A stretch of 64,000 nt of DNA from Candidatus Liptonbacteria bacterium (GCA_016182095.1 JACOXY010000011.1:3794-67793); one strand, 5' to 3'. Positions 54,048-64,000 are shown, counted from the stretch's first letter. The notes: generated by a model not told the origin, from the sequence alone. A program made the numbers and translations.

Positions 54048-54158
54048 GCATTAAAACTCGCAAATATTGTTTGCGAGTTTTTTGACAGGAAATTGACAAA
54101 AAAAAAGTAAATGATAGAATGCCAGTAGTTAATTTTACTTAGAAAGATAGAGGATAAA

Positions 54159-54863
54159 ATGAAGATTTTGGAGCCGCGAATTGTTTTTTCTTCTGGCATG
54201 ATTGCCGCCGGAAAAAGTACAACCTGTAGAGGTTTGGTGCGAGAAATTGCAAACGCGTTTTACCTTGACCGTGATGATATGATTTTCCCGCTTCTTCATG
54301 TGGCGCCCACAGTCTCAAAAGAATTGCCGCCGTTTGAAGAATATGTCAAAAATGACAATGTTTTTCCTGATAATGCCAGGATGGTGGATACGCCCTTCGG
54401 TGAAATGATTCAAATTTATCCTGCCAATCATTATCACAGACGGCACAGCCGAGACCAGGTTTACCTTATTCAGGCCAGGCTCGCATCCAGAGGATTAGAC
54501 CTTGGTAAGGTACCGGTGCTGGATTGTTTTTTGATGAGACAGATTGATGACGGCAGTTTAGGGCGCTTCATCGAGCAACCGCTATTTCGAGGGTACCTCA
54601 AGTATTTAATCCACTTCGTAGTTAGTCCGGAGGCTTGCTTTGAAAGAATTAAGGCGCGCAAAGGAGACAAGGAGGCGGAGGAGAGAAGCCGCGGAATGTT
54701 TGAAATTGAATCGTTTAAGAAAACACTAAGTGAAAAGCACGAGAGAATCCCCAGGGGGTTAAAAGATCTTAAATATCTGCTAATGGACACGACCGATAAA
54801 TCAACCGAAAAATGCGTTTCAGAGTGTCTCTCCTATATTTCCGGACCGTCTCCCTACATGTAA
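54159..54863 (+). CDS. P-loop kinase (AAA_33/zeta-like)
   Basis: SSGMIAAGKST Walker A; agagga SD. Confidence 0.5.
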   Translation: MKILEPRIVFSSGMIAAGKSTTCRGLVREIANAFYLDRDDMIFPLLHVAPTVSKELPPFEEYVKNDNVFPDNARMVDTPFGEMIQIYPANHYHRRHSRDQVYLIQARLASRGLDLGKVPVLDCFLMRQIDDGSLGRFIEQPLFRGYLKYLIHFVVSPEACFERIKARKGDKEAEERSRGMFEIESFKKTLSEKHERIPRGLKDLKYLLMDTTDKSTEKCVSECLSYISGPSPYM

Positions 54864-54876
54864 AAGCAAACCAAAG

Positions 54877-54906
54877 GCAGCGGACCATGCGCTGCTTTTT
54901 TATTTT
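54877..54906. terminator. bidirectional intrinsic terminator
   Basis: gcagcg-(7 nt)-cgctgc followed by tttttttattttt; it also sits at the 3' end of the convergent gmhB-like gene. Confidence 0.55.
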
Positions 54907-55496
54907 TCTAATATATATCTCACGGCATCCAAAGCGTTTTGCGCTTTAGATGTGGGCTTAACGTCATTCTTAAAGGCATTGCCCGACTTTGGAACTCTAC
55001 TGTTTGCCAGAGATTCAATCATAATAGTCTTGCAGCCCGCAGCCTCGCCAGCGGCAATGTCGGTAACCATATCGCCCAACATCCAGCTTTTCTTTAAATT
55101 AATATTCAAATCTTTGGCCGCCTTAATGATCATGCCCGGAGCCGGCTTGCGGCACCCGCACACTGTCCTATATTTTAAGGCGCGCTCCGGAACATCGGGG
55201 TGTGTTTCCGGATGATGCGGGCAAAAATAAAATCGGTCAATAAGACCTCCTAATTTTCTATTAATAAATTCGTGAAGTTCAACCACATCTTCGTAACTTA
55301 CAATACCGCGCGCTATGACCGGCTGATTGGTAATAATAACATTCAGGTAACCGCGCCCCTTAAGGGCATGAAGAGCTTCGCGGACACCGTCCACAATCAC
55401 AACGTCTTCTTTTTTATATATAAATCCATAAGCCTCATTGCCCTTAGGAAGTTCAAGGATAACTCCGTCCCTGTCAAAAAAAACAGCTTTATTCAT
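54900..55496 (-). CDS. gmhB: D,D-heptose 1,7-bisphosphate phosphatase (GmhB, HAD family)
   Basis: FFDRDGVI...ITNQ...CPHHP...CGCRKPAPGM...GDMVTDIAAG is the characteristic GmhB HAD plus Zn-finger pattern. Confidence 0.75.
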   Translation of the reverse strand: MNKAVFFDRDGVILELPKGNEAYGFIYKKEDVVIVDGVREALHALKGRGYLNVIITNQPVIARGIVSYEDVVELHEFINRKLGGLIDRFYFCPHHPETHPDVPERALKYRTVCGCRKPAPGMIIKAAKDLNINLKKSWMLGDMVTDIAAGEAAGCKTIMIESLANSRVPKSGNAFKNDVKPTSKAQNALDAVRYILEK

Positions 55497-55504
55497 ATTA
55501 GAGA

Positions 55505-56662
55505 CTAAACCACAAAGCGGCCCTGCTTATCTAAAAAGAAGTTTTTGCTATAAATATCAGGGTTTTGCTTTCTAAAAAACGAGCGGATAACCCAGTCAAA
55601 AAATCTCTTAATCACGCGAGGGAGCGCGCAAGCTACAGACATAAATTTTTCGTAAAAAGAATAATCGGCAAAAAGCAGCCCAGAAACATCTTGCTTCAAG
55701 CTAACTTTTAAAAAGCTTCCATCAAGGCGCCTCTTGATTGCTTCTGCAAAAATTGTCGCAAGCGCCTCTTTTCCAAAAAAAATTCGCATTTTTGAAACAT
55801 AACTTTTCCAGTCCCGGAAGAAGAAATTGTCGTAAAGCATTCGCCTATACCCATATCTCTTTAAAATCCCGCGAGCCGTATCATTATTAATTCCATATTT
55901 CTCGCGCAATTTCATGGAGCCCTTATGAGTCATGTAGTGCTCAATGGGGAGTTCGGTTTTTAAATATACGGCGTTTTGAGCAACAATGAAACGGCTCTCT
56001 TTTGCCGCGAGTTTTATGGGATAAATAACATCGGAACCGTATTCGTGCTGTATCATCTCCCGAAGAGGTTCGGGCAGGTTCGGCGGGGGAGCATTCAAAA
56101 AACTTTCCACGGCCAACATGGCATTTAGGGCATCTTCCTTATTGGCCATGCCAAGCATTATCATTGAAGGAATGAAAGTTCTATAGGCATTATCGCCAAA
56201 ATATTTTTTAGGGTAAATCCCGCTCTTTACTTCCGCTTCGCGGGTAAAATAATATGAGTTGTCCTTGGAAACGATGCTGAAAATTCTTCCGAGTACAGAG
56301 CTGACTCCCTCTTCCCGCTCGAAAATTTTTACACATTCTTCTATGTAATTTCTCGAAAGCCAGTCATCGTGAGCGCAGTGCTGAACATACTTTCCTTTAG
56401 CGAGGCGGAATATTTGGGTCATGCTTTTTGTATAACCCAGATTTTTTTCCGTTTTAATATAGTTTATTCTTGAATCTTTATCTTTGTACCCCTGGACTAT
56501 CTCTCCGGTATTATCTTTGCTCGCATCATCAAATACCAAAATTTCGAGATTTTTATAAGTTTGATTGGTAGCGCTCTCCAGGGCTCTCCAAATGAAATCG
56601 GCTCCGTTATAAACCGGTATCCAAATAGTAACAAGGGGGTTTGTATTTTCACTATAAATCAT
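55505..56662 (-). CDS. glycosyltransferase family 2
   Basis: VTIWIPVYNGADFI...QTYKNLEILVFDDASKDNT...HCAHDDW. Confidence 0.7.
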   Translation of the reverse strand: MIYSENTNPLVTIWIPVYNGADFIWRALESATNQTYKNLEILVFDDASKDNTGEIVQGYKDKDSRINYIKTEKNLGYTKSMTQIFRLAKGKYVQHCAHDDWLSRNYIEECVKIFEREEGVSSVLGRIFSIVSKDNSYYFTREAEVKSGIYPKKYFGDNAYRTFIPSMIMLGMANKEDALNAMLAVESFLNAPPPNLPEPLREMIQHEYGSDVIYPIKLAAKESRFIVAQNAVYLKTELPIEHYMTHKGSMKLREKYGINNDTARGILKRYGYRRMLYDNFFFRDWKSYVSKMRIFFGKEALATIFAEAIKRRLDGSFLKVSLKQDVSGLLFADYSFYEKFMSVACALPRVIKRFFDWVIRSFFRKQNPDIYSKNFFLDKQGRFVV

Positions 56663-56673
56663 TAAGGCTGGCT

Positions 56674-57612
56674 TTACGCAAAGTTTGTGTGTTCCGTATG
56701 GCGGATAATTTGATATCCCTTAACAAGTTCTTTAATGCCGCTCTGAAGAGAGTGGGCGGGCTTAAATCCGGTAGCTTCTATTTTTGCGTTTGAAACTATA
56801 TAATTCCTCTTGTCCGGATCCTCCCCTATTTCCGCTTCCAAATATACGAAGTTCGGCACGAATTTCTTTATTTCTTCGCAAAGCTCTACCTTACTTAGAT
56901 TGGCGTCGGAGAGCCCCAAATTATACGCCTGGTTTTTCATTCTATCGAAATTCTCCATACAGTGAATAAACCCGCGGACAACATCGCGGATATGTATAAA
57001 ATTGCGCTTAAAATGAGATTCAAAGAGAACAATACTGCCGTCTTTCATGGCGCGATGCACAAAGTCATTTACCAATAAATCAAGCCTCATCCTGTGGCTC
57101 ATCCCAAAAACTGTGGCGAGTCTTAACGTAATTGCGTTGCCGGATTCCAATATGGCTTTTTCCGCTTCTACCTTCAGGCGCCCATACAGAGAAATGGGGT
57201 TCAAAAAAGAATTTTCATCGCAAAAGACGGCTTTACTGCCGACACCATAGCCGCTATTGGTATTCGGGAAAATTATTCTTTGCTCCGGCTTTCGGAACTC
57301 AAGAATCATTCTAATGGCATCAAGATTGGTGGTAGTAGCCGCGACAGGATCGCGGTTGCAGGCAGGCATCCCCACGATACAAGCAAGCGGGATTATATAA
57401 TCTTTATCCGCGATATATTTTGCAACTAAGTCCTCGCTCCTTGCGTCCCCTCGAACCACAGTCAGTTTTTCATCGTAGGCGCAATCGGCAAGCGATGTCT
57501 GGCCATACATAAAGTTATCAATAACAGTTACTATATGCCCGCGGCGCAGGAGCTCCGGCACAAGCATTGACCCAATATACCCGGCTCCGCCGGTTACAAG
57601 AATTTTTGACAT
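56674..57612 (-). CDS. NAD-dependent NDP-sugar epimerase/dehydratase (SDR)
   Basis: ILVTGGAGYIGSMLVPELL...YGRLK... Confidence 0.7.
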   Translation of the reverse strand: MSKILVTGGAGYIGSMLVPELLRRGHIVTVIDNFMYGQTSLADCAYDEKLTVVRGDARSEDLVAKYIADKDYIIPLACIVGMPACNRDPVAATTTNLDAIRMILEFRKPEQRIIFPNTNSGYGVGSKAVFCDENSFLNPISLYGRLKVEAEKAILESGNAITLRLATVFGMSHRMRLDLLVNDFVHRAMKDGSIVLFESHFKRNFIHIRDVVRGFIHCMENFDRMKNQAYNLGLSDANLSKVELCEEIKKFVPNFVYLEAEIGEDPDKRNYIVSNAKIEATGFKPAHSLQSGIKELVKGYQIIRHTEHTNFA

Positions 57613-57669
57613 AGTGTTATTCTATAGAAATTTAAAAAAATGGCAACCGTAAAATAATCGCCGCATAAT

Positions 57670-58653
57670 TTAGGCTTCTTTTATCTTATTTCTCCAAAAT
57701 TCCAGAAGATAAAGCACGCTCTCCTCAAAAGAATACCTCGGTCGCCAACCGGTAGCATTTATAAATTTAGTAATGTCGGGAATCTGCAAAGTGACATCCG
57801 CGGGGCGCAAAAGAGCCGGATCAATCCGTGAGGGAATTTGAACAGTGGCTTTATTTTTTAGAACATCCAAAAAATCTCCGATTTTAATAACGGTAGGCCC
57901 TCCGATATTATAGGCTTCTCCAAATTCACATTTTTCGGCAGCTACCCAATACGACTCCATGGCGTCACGAACATCGATGAGCGTCCTCACTGAATCTAAA
58001 TTGCCATGCAAAAGCTCTTTTTGTTTGCCGGCCTCAATTAAAGCGACCTGCTTCGCCCATGAAGTCGCGAAAAGATCTTCACGCCTTGGATTCAGATACG
58101 CGAACATGCGTGTTCTCACAACTTTCATGCCGTAGGCCCTGAAATAGGTAAATCCCAAAAAGTCTCCGGCAACTTTTGAAACTGCGTATGGATTTGAGGG
58201 AATAATCGGGCAGTCTTCTTTAATGGGAACGTTTTTAGGATCTACCTGGCCATAAACTTCGCTGGTGGAACAAATTTGGATAACCGGATCGATTTCGGCC
58301 GAGCGCACAGCTTCAAATAAATTGGCGGTGCTCATGATGTTGTTCTGCATCATGGAAAGCGGTGTAAGCCAAGCAGCCCTGACGTTAGCATAAGCAGCCA
58401 AATGAAAAATAACGTCGGGCTTCACTTCTTTTAAGACCCGCAAAATGGAACTAAAATCGTTTAAGTCGCATTCGTAAATTTTTATCTTGTCTTTCAGGTG
58501 GGCGACATTGCTGTTTACGCTGGTGCTGTGCCAACGGGAAACACCGCTCACTTGAACGCCGGGGCAGTGGAGAACGATATAATCGGCCAGGTAACTGCCC
58601 CCGGAGCCGGTTATGCCTGTAATAAGAGCTTTTTTGAATATTCTTTTCTCCAT
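57670..58653 (-). CDS. Gmd/Rmd-family NDP-sugar 4,6-dehydratase or 4-reductase
   Basis: ALITGITGSGGSYLADYIV...PYAVSKVAGD... is Gmd-like but shorter; it is adjacent to a ColD-like gene. Confidence 0.65.
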   Translation of the reverse strand: MEKRIFKKALITGITGSGGSYLADYIVLHCPGVQVSGVSRWHSTSVNSNVAHLKDKIKIYECDLNDFSSILRVLKEVKPDVIFHLAAYANVRAAWLTPLSMMQNNIMSTANLFEAVRSAEIDPVIQICSTSEVYGQVDPKNVPIKEDCPIIPSNPYAVSKVAGDFLGFTYFRAYGMKVVRTRMFAYLNPRREDLFATSWAKQVALIEAGKQKELLHGNLDSVRTLIDVRDAMESYWVAAEKCEFGEAYNIGGPTVIKIGDFLDVLKNKATVQIPSRIDPALLRPADVTLQIPDITKFINATGWRPRYSFEESVLYLLEFWRNKIKEA

Positions 58654-58656
58654 TTT

Positions 58657-59856
58657 TTAACGCTTTACCGCGTCCAATACTACTTTTGAAATAAATTTTA
58701 CATCTTCGGTTTTAAGCGAAGGATGATTCGGCAAAAAGAAGCCACGATTATAAAGTTCGTCAGCCCACTTGAAATGCGCCTCGCCATACCGATTAGCCCA
58801 AAAGGGGTGAAGACCGAGATTCCCGGCCGTGTAGAGACGCGTTTCAATGCCATTTTTATGAAGAGCATCCGCCACAGTCTTTCTCTCTGCAGAATCGTTG
58901 GCCAAGGCGCAGAAATGAATACTGCATGGCACAATATCATTATCATATGACTGGGCATAAAACTTTTCACCCAGTAATTTTTTGTACAAGTGATGATTCC
59001 GGCTGCGCCGCTCCACAAGCCAATCCATTTTATCAAGTTGCCGCAAGCCCAAGAATGCCTGAAGGTCGGTTGCCCTTAAGTTGAGCCCGGGTTCATAAAA
59101 TATAAAGGGATTGTGGCTATTATCTACATTATATTTATTAAGCAGCGCCCCATGCGAATCTGGATCCAAATCCTTGCCCCAACCATGGCTTCTTGACATC
59201 AAAAGCAAATTATTAAATTCCTGATCGTCGGTCGAGACTACCCCCCCTTCAATTGTAGAAAGCTGATGCCCAAAGTAAAGCGAGAAGCTCGACATGTCGC
59301 CGAACGTTCCAGCTTTTCTCCCGCGATGCGACGCCCCCATGGCGGCACAGGCATCCTCCAAAAGAACAAATTTATATTTTTCTTTTAGAGCCAAAAGTTT
59401 ATCAATGTGCTTATGGGGAACGCCAAGAATTTGTACAAATATTACAGCTCCGGGGTCATGCTTTTTTAACAGCTCCTCCAAATAATCAACATCCAAAGCA
59501 AAGGTATCCTTATCCGCCTCGCACATGATTGGCTCAAACCCAAACTGGATTGCCGGAGTAATGGTTGTGGGCCATCCGGCAGAAGGAACAATTATTTTTT
59601 TGTTTTTAAGTTTAGACGATAATAAAAGAACATAATACATGAGGAGGTTAGCCGAAGAACCGGAGTTGCAAAACACGGAATATTTCTTTCCCCACCAGTT
59701 GCTCCATTTTTTTTCAAACTCCAAAGTTAACGGCCCCTTGGTAAGGCGGGAGTTAGTTTTAAGCCAGTCAATAAGAGCGCTTATATCCTTATCATCAATA
59801 GTGTCTTCCGCAAGATGATGTTTGATTTGCATAGTATAATTATTAGATAATACCAA
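58657..59856 (-). CDS. DegT-family PLP enzyme with His-for-Lys: probable nucleotide-sugar 3-dehydratase (ColD/E1-like), second copy
   Basis: SSFSLYFGHQLSTIEGG, with the N-terminus ...VFCNSGSSANL... Confidence 0.55.
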   Translation of the reverse strand: MVLSNNYTMQIKHHLAEDTIDDKDISALIDWLKTNSRLTKGPLTLEFEKKWSNWWGKKYSVFCNSGSSANLLMYYVLLLSSKLKNKKIIVPSAGWPTTITPAIQFGFEPIMCEADKDTFALDVDYLEELLKKHDPGAVIFVQILGVPHKHIDKLLALKEKYKFVLLEDACAAMGASHRGRKAGTFGDMSSFSLYFGHQLSTIEGGVVSTDDQEFNNLLLMSRSHGWGKDLDPDSHGALLNKYNVDNSHNPFIFYEPGLNLRATDLQAFLGLRQLDKMDWLVERRSRNHHLYKKLLGEKFYAQSYDNDIVPCSIHFCALANDSAERKTVADALHKNGIETRLYTAGNLGLHPFWANRYGEAHFKWADELYNRGFFLPNHPSLKTEDVKFISKVVLDAVKR

Positions 59857-59965
59857 TTATAAACCAAAAGCGGAGCTTTCGCCAATCACTTGAAATGCCC
59901 ACTCCCAAATGATAGTGTGACGAAGCATGTGCCAAATACACACCCGGGGACTAGAGATTTTTTAA

Positions 59966-60538
59966 ATGAGTTATAGAATTAAAACAAAAGAAATAGTTAC
60001 GAGCGCTCCAATAAATAAAAATCGATGGTGCCTGCTGGACAGGGATGGAGTGCTGGTAAAAGACAGGGGTCACACCCATAAAATATCGGATTTAGAAATT
60101 TTGCCGAACGTAACAGAAGGGCTGCGGCTTTTGAAAGATGCCGGCTTCAGATTTATTGTGGTGACTAATCAGGCGGGCATTGCCAAAAAATATTATACGC
60201 GTGAAGACGCTGATTTATTTAACTGCGAACTACAAAAGCGCTTGGCGAAAGAAAATATTTTTATTGAGGCATTTTACGTGTGCCCTCATCACCCTCATCA
60301 CACAGGAGAATGTTTTTGCAGAAAACCCAATACGGGCATGCTGGAACAGGCGCAAAAAAAATTCTTTATCAAGCCAGCATTATCAATCCTCGTCGGCGAT
60401 AAAGATTCCGACATTGAGGCCGGAAAACGTTGGGGGTGCAAGACTTTCAGAATTGCAAGCGGCCAATATCCCGCGGAAATTAAGGCCGACTACAATATTA
60501 AAAATTTGCTGGAAGTTGCGAATATTTTAAACAGATGA
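59966..60538 (+). CDS. gmhB: D,D-heptose 1,7-bisphosphate phosphatase (GmhB), second copy
   Basis: LLDRDGVL...VTNQAGIAK...CPHHPHH...CFCRKPNTGM...GDKDSDIEAG. Confidence 0.75.
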   Translation: MSYRIKTKEIVTSAPINKNRWCLLDRDGVLVKDRGHTHKISDLEILPNVTEGLRLLKDAGFRFIVVTNQAGIAKKYYTREDADLFNCELQKRLAKENIFIEAFYVCPHHPHHTGECFCRKPNTGMLEQAQKKFFIKPALSILVGDKDSDIEAGKRWGCKTFRIASGQYPAEIKADYNIKNLLEVANILNR

Positions 60539-61257
60539 AAAAAGTTATAAAACAACTGTTTCCCCGGGCAGTCGCGCTTTATCACAAAATCAATAAAACT
60601 CTGAAAGCTTTTATGGAACTTCCTCCCTATATTTACATTGAAGAAACAAACATAAAAATCCCGGCGCGCAATTGGATGGTATATGCCATATATTCCGGCG
60701 GAGGAAATATCGCGGATAAAAAACTTTACTATGAAAAAGAACTGACTTCCGAATTTAAAAAACTGCTTTCCAGCAAAAAAAATAAGGATTTTTTTGATGT
60801 TGGCGCCGGCATGGGATATTACAGCTTTATTGCCGCCGCGTCCGGAGCGCGGGTTGCCGCTTTTGAACCGGTAGACGCGCTGGCGAATTTTGTGAGGAGG
60901 GGCGCCAAAATGAACGGCCTAAAAATGTCGGTATTTAACGACCCGATCGGCGAAGACGGTAAAATTGTAACTGCCGATATAGGTATCCAAAAAACAACCA
61001 AAAAATCTATTTCTCTTGATGCTTTCGCCAAAAATCACTTCGTTCCCGGCATTATCAAAATAGATGTGGACGGCAACGAAAAAGAAATAATAGAAAACGG
61101 AGAGGGCCTCTTCAAGAATCACCCGCTTGATGTATTTTTAGAAATAAGAAAAGAAACTCAAAATTTGGCGGGGACACTTAAACGTTGGGGATTTTTTGAA
61201 AAAATGCGGCTGGGCGATAGCTCCGACTCAATGATGATTCTATTTTCAAAAAAATAA
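60535..61257 (+). CDS. FkbM-family methyltransferase
   Basis: FFDVGAGMGYYS...AFEP...IKIDVDGNE; it overlaps the upstream gene by 4 bp. Confidence 0.65.
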   Translation: MKKVIKQLFPRAVALYHKINKTLKAFMELPPYIYIEETNIKIPARNWMVYAIYSGGGNIADKKLYYEKELTSEFKKLLSSKKNKDFFDVGAGMGYYSFIAAASGARVAAFEPVDALANFVRRGAKMNGLKMSVFNDPIGEDGKIVTADIGIQKTTKKSISLDAFAKNHFVPGIIKIDVDGNEKEIIENGEGLFKNHPLDVFLEIRKETQNLAGTLKRWGFFEKMRLGDSSDSMMILFSKK

Positions 61258-61318
61258 ATTTACCGTCGTCACAAAAACAGAGCCGTGTTTATAGATGAAA
61301 TGCGCTGCGCCGCAAACC

Positions 61319-62683
61319 TCACATTATTTTTTCTATTTCTTCGCAGATGATATGTGTTAAGAGAGTGTGCACTTCCTGAATTCGGGGGGTGCTGTTCGAG
61401 GGCACAATTAAAGAAACGTCAAAAAGATCCTTTGACAATCCTCCGCTGTTTCCCAAAAAGCCAATAGTCTTTAATCCCGATTTTTTTGCGGTTTTACAGG
61501 CTTCAATAATATTTGCTGAATTGCCGCTCGTAGAAATGCCTATAAACACATCACTCTTTCTGCCCAAAGCTTCGACTTGTCTCGCAAACACGGTTTTATA
61601 CTCAAAATCATTTGCCCAGGCCGTCAGAACCGAAGTATTGGCGTTTAGGGCAATCGCCGGATAACCCCTGCGGTCCTTTCTCATAAAAGTACAAACCAAT
61701 TCAGCGGCAAAATGCTGGGCTTCGGCCGCGCTCCCGCCATTGCCAGCGATTAAAATCTTATTATCGGACGCTAAACAATCCTGAATCATCTTGATCATTG
61801 CGTTTATCGGCTGTAAAAAGTTATCTTCTATAAGAAAACTCCTTTTTAAATCAACGGATTCTTTAAAATAATTTTGGATTTTTCTTGTTTTCCCGTTTGG
61901 ATTAATCAGCCGATTATTTATTTCATAAGCCGCGCCAATAAGCCCCAAATCGACGCGCATTTTTTTACCCAACTGCAAAATTGCCCTTACGTCTTTGGGG
62001 AAACAGCCGCCCCCATAACCGCGATATCCTTCGTGGAATATCTCAAAATGGCTATCGCCTATCCTTTTGTCCTGTACCACGCAATCCTTCACAACGTCAT
62101 AATCAACGCCTTTTAGTTTTTCGCAGAGATCATAAATTTGATTCGCGAAAACTACCCTCGTTGCCAAATAAGCGTTCCCGAAATATTTTATCATCTCCGC
62201 TTCTTTGGCTTTTACAACTCTCGCGAAAGGCGCCTTAGGCAAGATTTTTAAAATCGAGGGGGCGATTTTTTTTCCTTTCGGCCCGGCAAAGCCTATAATT
62301 TGCCGGTCAGGTTTTACAAAGTCTTTATTCGCGGTCTTGGCACGAAGAAATTCGGGATTAAAAAGAATGATTTTTTTTGGATGCTGGCTTTGAAAAGAGT
62401 CGATTGAACCAGGCAATACCGTTGACTTAATCACAACTGTTTTTCCGTTATTTATAATATTTAAGGTTTCGCGTATCGCAGAATCATCATACCCGTTCTC
62501 GTTAAAGGGGGTTGGGACAGCAACAAAAATTACATTCGCTTTATTTATCTCTTCGGGCGATCCTATTTTTTTATATTTATCATAAAGATAAATGTCATAT
62601 TTATCCGAATTTCTTTTAAACCAGTTTTTCACCGCCCCCCCCACAAACCCCAAACCTACAATGCCAATTTTTGTCTTTTTCAT
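61319..62683 (-). CDS. fusion: UDP-glucose/GDP-mannose-dehydrogenase-family N-terminal region + C-terminal SIS-domain phosphoheptose isomerase (GmhA-like)
   Basis: N-terminus KIGIVGLGFVGGAV (UDPG_MGDP_dh NAD-binding); C-terminus KILIAGNGGSAAEAQHFAAEL...GISTSGNSANII (GmhA/SIS). Confidence 0.6.
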   Translation of the reverse strand: MKKTKIGIVGLGFVGGAVKNWFKRNSDKYDIYLYDKYKKIGSPEEINKANVIFVAVPTPFNENGYDDSAIRETLNIINNGKTVVIKSTVLPGSIDSFQSQHPKKIILFNPEFLRAKTANKDFVKPDRQIIGFAGPKGKKIAPSILKILPKAPFARVVKAKEAEMIKYFGNAYLATRVVFANQIYDLCEKLKGVDYDVVKDCVVQDKRIGDSHFEIFHEGYRGYGGGCFPKDVRAILQLGKKMRVDLGLIGAAYEINNRLINPNGKTRKIQNYFKESVDLKRSFLIEDNFLQPINAMIKMIQDCLASDNKILIAGNGGSAAEAQHFAAELVCTFMRKDRRGYPAIALNANTSVLTAWANDFEYKTVFARQVEALGRKSDVFIGISTSGNSANIIEACKTAKKSGLKTIGFLGNSGGLSKDLFDVSLIVPSNSTPRIQEVHTLLTHIICEEIEKIM

Positions 62684-62698
62684 ATTTTAAATTTTACT

Positions 62699-64000
62699 TT
62701 AATTGTTATTTTTATACAAAATAAAATTATCAAGCACCAACAAATCCATTTCGCTTTTTGAAAATGTGTTGTGAGCATTTTCGGGACTTGCCACAATCGG
62801 CTCTCCTTTTAAATTGAAAGAGGTATTCAAAACAATCGGAGTCCCAGTTTTATTATAAAAGGCATTGATTAATTTCCAATACCGAGGACTTTCTTCTTTG
62901 AAAACCACCTGTAATCTGCCGGTTCCATCAACGTGTGTAATCGCGGGCACTTCTTTTCTTTTTTCCTGCTTTACATGAACTACATAAAGCATAAAGCGGG
63001 CAGGGTAATGCTTGGCCGCTTCCGTGATATCAAAATATTCTTCCACTTTTTCTGCGAGCACGGAGGGGGCGAAAGGCCGGTACGGCTCTCTAAATTTTAT
63101 TTTGGTATTTACTATGTCTTTCATTTCTTCTCGGCGCGGATCTGCCAAAATAGAACGATTCCCCAGCGCTCTCGGCCCCCATTCAAATTTGCCCTGAAAC
63201 CAGCCGACAACTTTTCCTTTCGCAATTTCTCCGGCTACTCTATCAATCAAATCATCTTCGCTCTTAAAGTGCTCTGCTTTTAAATTATTATCCCTTATAA
63301 ATCTGCCGATTTCTTCTTCAGAATAAGCTTTGCCGTAATAGGCATGCTTCATTACAAAATTCCTGCTTCCCCCCAATAAAGAATGGGCCAAAAGGGCCGC
63401 CCCAAGCGCCCCCCCGGCGTCACCGGCTGCGGGCTGAATAAACATTTCTTTAATATGAGTCCCCTTTAACACTTTCCAGTTGGCTACGGAATTTAAAGCC
63501 ACGCCGCCTCCCAGGCAGATGTTTTCACAACCGGTAACCTTATAAGCTTCTTCCGTGAGTTTCATCATTGCCTCTTCGGTCAGTTTTTGAATTGAAGCCG
63601 CAATGTCCGCATAATACTCCTGTCTTTCAGCTTCCTCCTGGAACTTGGATCCGGCCGGTTTATCTCCAAAATAACTAGGCCACCCGGTATCGCGCGTAAA
63701 AAATTTTGACTTGGGATTTCTCGGGCTTCCGAAAAGTTGAATAAATTTTTTGGAAAAAGTCCGCGAGTTTGAGCGGAAAAAGGAAAAGTAACCAAGCTTT
63801 AGGGCGTAAGATCCGTCATCATAAAATTTCATCAGCTCTTTCGCCTTATCTATATATTTTGGCTTGCCATAAGGAGCCATCCCCATAACTTTGTACTCTC
63901 CTTCGTTTACCTCAAAACCCAAAAAAGCTGTAAATGCCGAGTATAGCAGTCCCAAAGAATGGGGAAAGTTGATCTCTTTGATAAATCTGATTTTATTCCC
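62699..64000 (-). CDS. O-carbamoyltransferase (NodU/CmcH family), 5'-truncated by the window edge
   Basis: GEYKVMGMAPYGKPKY, WGPRALGNRSILADP, AITHVDGTGRLQVV, NTSFNLKGEPIV align with 6147..8024. The ORF is open to the end of the window. Confidence 0.8.
   Translation of the reverse strand, partial: GNKIRFIKEINFPHSLGLLYSAFTAFLGFEVNEGEYKVMGMAPYGKPKYIDKAKELMKFYDDGSYALKLGYFSFFRSNSRTFSKKFIQLFGSPRNPKSKFFTRDTGWPSYFGDKPAGSKFQEEAERQEYYADIAASIQKLTEEAMMKLTEEAYKVTGCENICLGGGVALNSVANWKVLKGTHIKEMFIQPAAGDAGGALGAALLAHSLLGGSRNFVMKHAYYGKAYSEEEIGRFIRDNNLKAEHFKSEDDLIDRVAGEIAKGKVVGWFQGKFEWGPRALGNRSILADPRREEMKDIVNTKIKFREPYRPFAPSVLAEKVEEYFDITEAAKHYPARFMLYVVHVKQEKRKEVPAITHVDGTGRLQVVFKEESPRYWKLINAFYNKTGTPIVLNTSFNLKGEPIVASPENAHNTFSKSEMDLLVLDNFILYKNNN

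Overview
This 64 kb window comes from a low-GC bacterial genome that uses Shine-Dalgarno sites and mostly ATG starts, with a few GTG/TTG. Almost the whole window is one large cell-surface glycan biosynthesis and decoration island, transcribed mainly on the minus strand. It contains at least nine glycosyltransferases (GT4, GT2 and a CgeB-like one) and three paralogous polytopic membrane proteins. Two O-carbamoyltransferases lie at about 6.1-8.0 kb and at the right edge, where the gene is truncated by the window. A complete GDP-glycero-manno-heptose pathway is present: a GmhA SIS domain fused to a UDP-glucose-dehydrogenase-like domain, a GHMP kinase, two GmhB phosphatases and a sugar-1-P nucleotidyltransferase. 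Other sugar enzymes are three Gmd-family 4,6-dehydratases, two DegT-family proteins carrying the His-for-Lys signature of ColD/E1 sugar 3-dehydratases, and one true DegT aminotransferase. The island also encodes SDR epimerases/reductases, two FkbM methyltransferases, two LbH acyltransferases, a split transketolase next to a B12-binding radical SAM enzyme, and several kinases and nucleotidyltransferases. Two domain fusions stand out: nucleotidyltransferase + Tmk-like kinase + GT4, and a membrane domain + PRK-family kinase. The left flank holds small regulatory and toxin-antitoxin-type genes (an ArsR-like regulator, hicAB, an NYN-domain RNase-like protein). Non-coding signals worth noting are two families of near-perfect ~34 bp palindromes, each with one copy inserted in-frame inside a CDS (reminiscent of Rickettsia palindromic elements), a conserved leader element with a covarying hairpin in front of three genes, a TTTAGRG heptamer repeat family, an HD-domain gene frameshifted at a G8 tract, and an oxidoreductase interrupted by an in-frame TAG. 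No rRNA, tRNA or CRISPR array was recognised by eye.
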